Origin: Thermoanaerobaculia bacterium
Lineage (GTDB): Bacteria; Acidobacteriota; Thermoanaerobaculia; Gp7-AA8
Reading direction: 5' to 3'
NCBI GenBank assembly: GCA_046594105.1
Contig: JBKJQB010000024.1
Coordinates: forward strand, 1-63,568
DNA: 63,568 bases
Shown: one piece after another, positions 16,809-25,720 of the stretch
Layout: each line of letters starts with the position of its first letter
Numbering within the stretch: position 1 is the first letter of the stretch
Notes under the pieces: generated by a model
The model's input: only the letters and a program-made list of their open reading frames with translations
Databases searched by the model: none
What the model was told of the DNA's origin: nothing
Made by a program: the position numbers and the translations under genes

Positions 16809-19382
16809 ATGAAACGCACATCACGTAGAAAACGACTCCTTCGCAACGACCGAGGCTCCGCGCTGCTGGTGAGCCTCATGGTCATCGTCGGGCTGTCGTT
16901 GCTCGGCCTCGGCTTCGTGGCCATCTCGGAGACGGAGACCGCCATCGCCAAGAACCAGCTGTCGGTCGTGCAGACTCAGGCTGTGGCGGAGGCGGGAGCC
17001 AAGCTCGTCGTGGAATGGTTCCAGGATCCAGTCTGGGCCGAGCTAAATGCAGGATTGCCCTTGAATGACGGGTCGGTGAACGCCAGTCTGGCAGCCATCA
17101 AAACCAACCGGGTGATCGCCGGGACCAACCCCATCAATGGCGTGTACAAGCCAGCCGCCAACATCCGGCTTCTGGAGAAACCATACCGGCCGAAACCGGA
17201 GAATCGATTCTATGGAGACGAGAACTCGGCCGATCTGATCATCAACCGGACCACCGACATCACCACCATCGACACCATCAACAACGTGTTGCTCGGAACG
17301 ACTGCGGAAGAACGCCGCAGTGGCGAGGTCACCGAGGTCAAGATTTACGCGCCGCCCATCGTGGGTGGAACGCTGCTCACCGACGGCACCACCACGAACG
17401 CGGACGGAACACCGCGGCGTTTCTGGGGCGGCACGGCAGAACGATTCGGCGTGGCCACCATCAAGGTCACCGCCACCATGTTCCGCGACCGCACGTTGAC
17501 CGGCGCGGCTCGCATGGCAGCATCGAACATCATGGCCTCCCATGCCGTGCGGCTGGTGGTCGGAGAGATTCCCCTCCCCATCCCCGGCGGCCCCATCCAG
17601 AGCAACACCTCGATTTCGTTCGGCGGCAACTTCGTCGTGCACTGGGGCAATGAGACGTCGACGACCGACCTCACCAACAAGCGGAATCCGAGCTCGCTCC
17701 CCTGGGCCAACGCCTACGAGCGCCCGCACTTCGAGCACGGCTACGAGCCGGGCCAAAGCATCTCCCAGATTCAGCTCACCTCCGGCGGATCGGGCTACCC
17801 GGGAGGAACGACCGTCAATATCGTCGGGGGGGGGGGCTCATTGGCGACCGCCACTGCCACTGTGACCGGCGGGGTCATCACCGCGGTCACTCTGACCGCG
17901 CGCGGCACGGGCTACTCCACCTCATCGCAGCCAACCATCACCTTCACGGGGGTCGGGGGCTCGGGTGCCTCCGCCACTCCCATCGTCGGAGCGGAAGTGT
18001 GGCCCACCACGCAGGCGTCCTTCGAGCAGGAAAACTATCTCAACGAAGTTCTCAACAAGACCTTCGAGGATCCCTGGTTCGGTTCGCGAGCCGTGCGCGA
18101 CAACTTCATCGATGGGGCCACAGCGTCGGGAGTTTTTCCGCAGTGCTACCCCTACTCGGCGTTATCGAACGAAACCAGTCCTCCCGGTTCCTACTTCTTT
18201 CAGTGGCAGGCAGCCAACACCTATCCATTGTTGAAAAAGGTCGTGTTCCCGACGATCAAATACGACTTCTGGAAGAGGATCGCCTCGCAGGGCCGCGGCT
18301 ACAAGGGGATCTACTACTTCAGCTTCGACAAGGCGGCCGGCAGCGGCTACAAGAAGGGTGGAACCGGTACCACTAAGCCGATGGCGTACTGGGCCAATTC
18401 TCTCAAGACCGGGCCGGGCGGGCGCCTCGGCCCCGGCGTGTACTTTTTCGACACCGTCGATGCGATCAACCCGCAGAATCTGATCGGCGGCGCACGCACT
18501 GCCCAGTTCACCCCCGCGGAGTCGTGGAACTCCTCCGATTACGGCTCTTCCTTCCTGATGGAGGGGTTCCTCTACGCGAACAACTCATCCTTCGGCACGC
18601 AGGGACAGGGCAGCTCCGCGGTAACGATCCAGGCAAACTTCCCCGGTGAGCCGTATCGCGATGTCGGTTGCCCCCTGTTTGACCTGGCCTCCAACGACTG
18701 GAACCGTACCTGTGCAGGAGCCATTTGTACGAAGGGCGCCGGCGATGGAATCTTCACCTCCGATGACCTGAATGGAAACCAGAGATTCGATGTCGTCACC
18801 ATGCCTGCCCCGGCCTGGCTGTCGAATGACCCCGGCCCCATTGCTCATGCTGCCGGAAGCACGTACATCGTCAAGACCTGGAAGTCGCCCTTGCAGGCCA
18901 CTGCCGACTACGGCGCACCCTGCACCGTTCCGGCCGTTGGATACAACGGGACGAATCCCGGCCCCAACGACTGCTCGGAGCCGCACGAGCCGTACCTCAA
19001 TCTGATCTACACAGGCACGGCCACCGATCCGCTCACCGTCGGATGGCAACCGTCGAACGGCTCCCAGACGTTTCTGAAGAAGAACACCGGCATCACCTGC
19101 ACCGCTGCGTCCGCGCAGACGGACTGCACCTCGAACGCTTACGACCTCGATGGCTCGCAGGTGCCCATCGACGTCATCCTCGACGGCATCTTCTACAACG
19201 AGGGCGGCTACGACACGCAAGGCAATACCGCCTACTACGGCTCGCTGCTCATCAATGGTGTGGTCACCGGAACCGGTACTCCCGACATCTGGTTCGACGA
19301 GAAACTCATCAAGGGCACCTGGGCTCCCCCGAACATGCCCCGGGTCATCGTCTACAACGAACAAACGGACGAAGAACAGTAA
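16809..19382 (+). CDS. Giant PilX-like minor pilin (857 aa)
   Basis: RG|SALLVSLMVIVGLSLLG lacks Glu5 (PilX/GspK hallmark); AQAVAEAG-type PilX N-domain; long Gly/Thr/Asn-rich extracellular region. Confidence 0.8.
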   Translation: MKRTSRRKRLLRNDRGSALLVSLMVIVGLSLLGLGFVAISETETAIAKNQLSVVQTQAVAEAGAKLVVEWFQDPVWAELNAGLPLNDGSVNASLAAIKTNRVIAGTNPINGVYKPAANIRLLEKPYRPKPENRFYGDENSADLIINRTTDITTIDTINNVLLGTTAEERRSGEVTEVKIYAPPIVGGTLLTDGTTTNADGTPRRFWGGTAERFGVATIKVTATMFRDRTLTGAARMAASNIMASHAVRLVVGEIPLPIPGGPIQSNTSISFGGNFVVHWGNETSTTDLTNKRNPSSLPWANAYERPHFEHGYEPGQSISQIQLTSGGSGYPGGTTVNIVGGGGSLATATATVTGGVITAVTLTARGTGYSTSSQPTITFTGVGGSGASATPIVGAEVWPTTQASFEQENYLNEVLNKTFEDPWFGSRAVRDNFIDGATASGVFPQCYPYSALSNETSPPGSYFFQWQAANTYPLLKKVVFPTIKYDFWKRIASQGRGYKGIYYFSFDKAAGSGYKKGGTGTTKPMAYWANSLKTGPGGRLGPGVYFFDTVDAINPQNLIGGARTAQFTPAESWNSSDYGSSFLMEGFLYANNSSFGTQGQGSSAVTIQANFPGEPYRDVGCPLFDLASNDWNRTCAGAICTKGAGDGIFTSDDLNGNQRFDVVTMPAPAWLSNDPGPIAHAAGSTYIVKTWKSPLQATADYGAPCTVPAVGYNGTNPGPNDCSEPHEPYLNLIYTGTATDPLTVGWQPSNGSQTFLKKNTGITCTAASAQTDCTSNAYDLDGSQVPIDVILDGIFYNEGGYDTQGNTAYYGSLLINGVVTGTGTPDIWFDEKLIKGTWAPPNMPRVIVYNEQTDEEQ
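17826..17836 (+). repeat. G11 homopolymer inside the pilX-like CDS
   Basis: GTC GGG GGG GGG GGC = V-G-G-G-G; 11 consecutive G. Confidence 0.95.
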
Positions 19383-19394
19383 TCGCGGTTCGTT

Positions 19395-19429
19395 CGCGGC
19401 GGGCAGGACTTCCTGCCCGCCGCGTTTTT
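19395..19429 (+). terminator. Intrinsic terminator of the minor-pilin operon
   Basis: CGCGGCGGGCAGG-ACTT-CCTGCCCGCCGCG 13-bp stem followed by TTTTT, 12 nt after the pilX stop. Confidence 0.85.
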
Positions 19430-19722
19430 GGGGGTTCCAGCCCATGGTCAGCGCGTGCACCGCTCAGCAAAGAGACCCACAGGGGTTCCCGACGCAGTCG
19501 GCGAAACGCCGTGAGTCTGCCGGCGCAAGCCGGCAATAGGTCCGTAGACCCCGGCTTCAGCCGGGGGCGGTCGAGCTCCCGACCCTGCGGCGCTGCGGAA
19601 TCCGCCCCCTTCACCCACCGTTGTAAACTACTCCCCTCCCGCATGAGTCCCGGCGGGAAATCCCTCGGCAATCGGAACGTTTGGCATCATCGGCCGTCGT
19701 AAAGGCAGGCCACAGAAGGACA

Positions 19723-20931
19723 ATGCCCGAATTCATCATCAGAGCCGGAACGCCCGATGGGCAGATCGTGGAGCGCCACGTCCAGGCTCTGAATTCGCGT
19801 GCCGCCCAGGAAGAATTGACCCGCCAGGGCATGCATGTCTTCGAGGCCAAGCGCGGGACCATGCACCTGCGCGACCTCCTGCCGCGCGGCGGCAAGATCA
19901 TCTCCACCGAACGATTCCTCGTCTTCAATCAGGAACTGCTGGCCCTGGTCCGGGCCGGACTGCCTATCCTGCAGTCCTTCGACATCATGCTGGAGCGGCA
20001 GAAGAACCTGCGCTTCCGCGACGTACTCATCGACATCCGGGACAAGCTGAAGTCCGGCATCTCGCTGTCCGACGCCTTCGCCTCTTACGGCGACCAGTTT
20101 CCTGCCATCTACTCGACCTCCATCCGGGCGGGAGAGCGATCCGGCGACCTGGAGGGCGTGCTCAAGCGTTTTCTTCGTTACCAGAAGATCATCGTCAACC
20201 TGCGGAAGCGGGTCATCGGCGCAATGATCTACCCCGCAGTGCTGATCGTTCTGTCGGCGGCCATGGTGTTCATCATGCTGACCCGGGTCATCCCGAAGTT
20301 CGCGGAGTTCTACGCCGGGTTCGGTGCCGAGTTGCCCTGGTTCACCACTTTGATGATCAAGGTGGCCAACCTCCTGAATCAGAACCTGATTATTCTCGTC
20401 GTGGTCTCCGTCGTCGGATTCGTCTTTTTCCGGCGCTGGGCATCGACCACCGGTCGCCTGCTTTACGACCGTTTCAAACTGGGAATCCCCCTGGTCGGGG
20501 GGATCCTTCACCGCTTCGCCATTCTGCAGTTCACCCAGTCGCTGGGGACTCTGCTCTCGGGCGGCACTCCCATGGTCCCGGCCATCGAGATCGCCTCGCA
20601 GTCGGTCACCAATCAGCTGGTGGCCACCCGGATCTACAGCATCATCCAGAACGTCCGGAACGGCGAGCCACTGTGGCGCTCGCTGGAGAGCACCAACGCC
20701 GTGAGCGACCTCGCCGTCGAAATGATCAAGGTCGGAGAGTCCACCGGAGCCTTGACGGAAATGCTGTCCAACGTCAGCGAGTTCTACGACGAGGAGATCG
20801 AGGCGCGGCTCACTCGTCTGGTGGCGGCCATTGAGCCGCTCATCCTGGTCTTCATGGGCATCGTGATCGCCACGCTGCTCTACGCCTTCTATCTCCCTCT
20901 GTTCCAGCTTTCGTCAGTGACACAGCAATGA
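19723..20931 (+). CDS. pilC: Type II secretion F / PilC inner-membrane platform protein
   Basis: Two T2SSF domains (AGERSGDL..., VGESTGALTEML...EP). ATG 19723 with GAAGGA RBS. Confidence 0.93.
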   Translation: MPEFIIRAGTPDGQIVERHVQALNSRAAQEELTRQGMHVFEAKRGTMHLRDLLPRGGKIISTERFLVFNQELLALVRAGLPILQSFDIMLERQKNLRFRDVLIDIRDKLKSGISLSDAFASYGDQFPAIYSTSIRAGERSGDLEGVLKRFLRYQKIIVNLRKRVIGAMIYPAVLIVLSAAMVFIMLTRVIPKFAEFYAGFGAELPWFTTLMIKVANLLNQNLIILVVVSVVGFVFFRRWASTTGRLLYDRFKLGIPLVGGILHRFAILQFTQSLGTLLSGGTPMVPAIEIASQSVTNQLVATRIYSIIQNVRNGEPLWRSLESTNAVSDLAVEMIKVGESTGALTEMLSNVSEFYDEEIEARLTRLVAAIEPLILVFMGIVIATLLYAFYLPLFQLSSVTQQ

Positions 20932-20966
20932 CGCGCCCCGACGGCGCCTGACCTTCAAAGAGACCA

Positions 20967-22589
<1,623 letters not shown>

Positions 22590-22655
22590 TGCGCGAGCCT
22601 TCAGTCATGACGAGCCTGCTGCATCGCGGACCCTCTCCTTTGAGTCACCGAACGA

Positions 22656-22711
22656 CCCCTCATCCGCCTTCGGCACCTTCTTCCCGCTGCGGCGGGGAGA
22701 AGGAACTCGAT
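22656..22711 (+). repeat. R3 REP-like element
   Basis: CCCCTCATCCGCCTTCGGCACCTTCTTCCCGCTGCGGCGGGGAGAAGG; related copies at 29912 (-) and 29988 (+). Confidence 0.85.
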
Positions 22712-22862
22712 CGTAAGGGGCCGCGTCCAGTCTGTGTCCTCAGAAGACGCGCAGACGGCGAAGGGCCTGCCTGTGAGAAGAAGCGAGGTCGACTTTCTCT
22801 CAATCCTTCCTTTCCAAGCTCCTTCTCCGCAACTCTGACTGTGCATCCGTCGTCCAACTGAC

Positions 22863-23759
22863 ATGGCTCGATCTTTTCCACCGGACGTGATCGTCCTCGA
22901 TACCGATGCGCTCGTGCATGCGCGCGTGGGACGGGGCGTGAAGAACCCGCAGATCATGCAGGCCAAGAGCTACCGGCTGGCGTCCGACACGTTCCTCCCC
23001 TCCGTGGTCACGCCGGAACTGGCTTCCGACGTGGGGCTGGCCGAGGCGGTGCGGAGGATGAAAGGGGAGACGGGCCGCTGGAGCAAGGCGTCGCTGCTGC
23101 TTCCTGACTCCTGGTTCCGCATGAACATCCTGGAGATCCCCACGCTGCCCGACAAGAGCGACGAGGCAGACGCCATGATCCGGTGGAGCCTCAAGCGCAC
23201 CATGCCGCTGGAGGGTTCCCAGCTCCGTCTGGCCTACGAGGTGCTCGACCGCGGCGCGAGCGGCGTTCGCGTCCTCGCCGTGAGTGCGGTGGAAAAGACT
23301 CTGGTCGCGATCGAACGAGTCTTCGAAGCGGCCGGCATCGAGATCGTCCTGATCGAGCCGGTAGGCCTGAACATCTGGAATGCCGTGACCGTCCGCGAGC
23401 CCTCCACCGCCGGGGACCGCATCTTTTTTTACGTCCGCGATCAGGACTTCACCACCGCCGTGTTTCGTGGTGGTGCTCCCCTGTTCATCCGCTCGCGAAA
23501 CCTCAATGCCCAGCGCAGTCTCCAGCAGGAGATCAAGCTCTCCGCCTCCTATCTCCGCGACACCCTGGGCACGGAGACGATCGAGAACTGTTACCTCTGT
23601 GGCAACCAGCTGGCTGCCGGACTGGCGGATGAAATCGCGACGGAGTTCTCCGCGCCGGTGCGGGTGGTGGCTCTGCGCGACTTCACCGAGCACACCCCCG
23701 AGGGTGTGGGAGCATACGAAGCGGAGCTGACTGCCTGCACGGGAGTGTTCACAGGTTGA
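22863..23759 (+). CDS. pilM: PilM/GspL-like cytoplasmic alignment protein
   Basis: Position before pilN and pilO; actin-like-fold PilM-type segments (LLLPDSWFR...WSLKRTMP). Confidence 0.7.
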   Translation: MARSFPPDVIVLDTDALVHARVGRGVKNPQIMQAKSYRLASDTFLPSVVTPELASDVGLAEAVRRMKGETGRWSKASLLLPDSWFRMNILEIPTLPDKSDEADAMIRWSLKRTMPLEGSQLRLAYEVLDRGASGVRVLAVSAVEKTLVAIERVFEAAGIEIVLIEPVGLNIWNAVTVREPSTAGDRIFFYVRDQDFTTAVFRGGAPLFIRSRNLNAQRSLQQEIKLSASYLRDTLGTETIENCYLCGNQLAAGLADEIATEFSAPVRVVALRDFTEHTPEGVGAYEAELTACTGVFTG

Positions 23760-24331
23760 AACCGATCCATCTGAATCTCGCCGCGCGCCCTCACCGCGAT
23801 TACCGTCCGTATGTCGCCGCCGTGGTGTTCAGCTCTCTGCTGATCGCCTACCTCACCGTGACGAACTTCGACACTTGGTACCGCTATCGAAATGAAACGC
23901 AGACCACACGGACCAGGATCGAGTCGCTCGATCACCAGACCGAAGAGGAGCAGCACCGCACCGACGCAGTGAACCAGCGACTGCGGGCCGTCGACGTGAA
24001 AGTGCTGGCCACCCAGACCCAGTTCGCCAATGCCCGGCTGGCCGAGCGGGCCTTTTCCTGGAGCGAGCTTCTGGATCGACTGGAGCGGGTATTTCCCAAC
24101 AACGTTCGCATCGACTCGATCGCGCCAAGTTTCGGCAAGACCGGCCTGGTGCACCTCACGCTGCAATGCGTAGCCAAGACTGGTGACGGGTTGGTCACCA
24201 CGCTCGATCGCTTCAATCGCGACGGCCATTTCGCCAACGCGTTCCCCGCCAACGAAGACCATGCCGAACAGGGATACCGTTTCCTCCTCGGCGTGGACTA
24301 CCGGCCGTCGATCGCGAGGTCGGTCGAATGA
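23756..24331 (+). CDS. pilN: PilN-like alignment protein
   Basis: IHLNLA N-terminal motif, one TM helix, coiled coil, WSELLDRLERVFP. Confidence 0.8.
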   Translation: MKPIHLNLAARPHRDYRPYVAAVVFSSLLIAYLTVTNFDTWYRYRNETQTTRTRIESLDHQTEEEQHRTDAVNQRLRAVDVKVLATQTQFANARLAERAFSWSELLDRLERVFPNNVRIDSIAPSFGKTGLVHLTLQCVAKTGDGLVTTLDRFNRDGHFANAFPANEDHAEQGYRFLLGVDYRPSIARSVE

Positions 24332-24960
24332 TCTGGCGCGAGAAACGAATCTCCCTGGCCATCCTCGCCGTTCTTCTGCTGGCGAATGTCCTCTTCTTCT
24401 TTACCTACCGGGTGCAGTACCAGAACCGGCTGCAGGATCTCGAGGGCCGCCTGCGCGCCAGTCAGGACCGCCTGGCCCAGGCCCAGCGCATGCGCACCAC
24501 GGCACAACAACAGCTTGATGGTTATCGCAAAGTGCAGCAGGACCTCCAGGCTCTCTACAACCAGCGCTGGTCGACGCAGGCCGCGCGGTTCACATCGTTG
24601 ATCATCGAGGTCAAGCGGCTGGTGGTGGCCAGCCAGCTGGTGTTGCCCCGAAGCTCCTCCTTCAGCCGCACCGAGGCGCGCACCACCAAAGAAACGGGCG
24701 CCATCGACACCGCGGTCGTCGGAATCAACTTCACCGTCCAGGGCTCTTACGAGCAGGTGCGCAGGCTGATCAATCTGCTGGAGCTTTCCAACCAGTTTGT
24801 GATCATCGACGGCATCAGCCTCGGGAGCGGGAACGACAAGATCCTGACCCTCAATCTCCGTCTGAAGACGCTGTTCCGCGAACCAACGCAGCAGAATGCA
24901 CCGCCGGCATTCGGATTCAGTGAGCCGGCCAGAACTCCCGCTCGGAATCAGGGACTGTGA
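24328..24960 (+). CDS. pilO: PilO/GspM-like alignment protein
   Basis: TM helix, coiled coil, V.GSYEQVRRLINLLE ferredoxin-like motif. Confidence 0.8.
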   Translation: MIWREKRISLAILAVLLLANVLFFFTYRVQYQNRLQDLEGRLRASQDRLAQAQRMRTTAQQQLDGYRKVQQDLQALYNQRWSTQAARFTSLIIEVKRLVVASQLVLPRSSSFSRTEARTTKETGAIDTAVVGINFTVQGSYEQVRRLINLLELSNQFVIIDGISLGSGNDKILTLNLRLKTLFREPTQQNAPPAFGFSEPARTPARNQGL

Positions 24961-25631
24961 TGGATTGGATGAGCTGGAAAACCTGGGGCATCATCGGGCT
25001 GGCGCTTCTGGCCGTCTTCGCCATCTATTCGTTCGCCGCCCCATCGGCCCCGGCGGAGTCCGCCATCGTTTCGTCAGAGACGGTGGGCCGGACTCCGGCG
25101 CGCTCGCCGCGCGTGACGGCCGCGCCGGCGCGTGGCGTCGGCGTCCTGCACAGCGAGTGGCTGGATAAAGTCACCGGCAGCTACCGGAGCGAGCGGAATC
25201 TGTTCTCCTACGTGGAGCCGCCCCCTCCCCCGCCTCCTCCACCGCCGAAGCCGCCCCCGCCTCCGCCCGACAAAGACAAGGACGGCATTCCCGACTTCAA
25301 GGACAACTGCCCTGACAAGGCCAACCCCGATCAGGCCGATATCGACGAGAACGGCATCGGCGACGCCTGTCAGGCCGGTGAGATCATCCGCAAGGTTCAC
25401 CTGCCGCCTCCGCCGCAGCCGCCGCCGTTCAGCTTCAAGTACATCGGGACCTTCGGAACGCCGTCGAGCCCGATTGCCACCTTCTCGGGCAACGGTGAGA
25501 TCGTCAACGTGCGTGTGGGGGAGACCTTCGCCGGGAAGTTCGTTCTGCGCAGCATCGGCATCGAGTCGGTGGAGATCGGATTCGTCGGCTTTCCCTCGGA
25601 CATCAAGACGCGCGTTCCTGTCGGAGAGTGA
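24957..25631 (+). CDS. PilP/GspC-like protein with a thrombospondin type-3 Ca-binding repeat
   Basis: N-terminal TM helix, RNLF, Pro-rich linkers, DKDKDGIPDFKDNCPDKANPDQADIDENGIGDAC, C-terminal HR/PilP-like domain (FKYIG...VRVGE). Confidence 0.7.
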   Translation: MMDWMSWKTWGIIGLALLAVFAIYSFAAPSAPAESAIVSSETVGRTPARSPRVTAAPARGVGVLHSEWLDKVTGSYRSERNLFSYVEPPPPPPPPPPKPPPPPPDKDKDGIPDFKDNCPDKANPDQADIDENGIGDACQAGEIIRKVHLPPPPQPPPFSFKYIGTFGTPSSPIATFSGNGEIVNVRVGETFAGKFVLRSIGIESVEIGFVGFPSDIKTRVPVGE

Positions 25632-25720
25632 CGTTTGGACCGTTTGGACCGTCAGAAGCAACGTGTGAGAGAGTGGCCCGGAACGGACACCCGCGCACAG
25701 GACTCAGGACTGAAAACGAA

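Noticed and set aside
19470-19560. c-di-GMP-I riboswitch upstream of pilC (CCCACAGGG and GNRA loops)
   Set aside because: The GGCAAACC...GACGCAAAGC core of the GEMM motif is not present.
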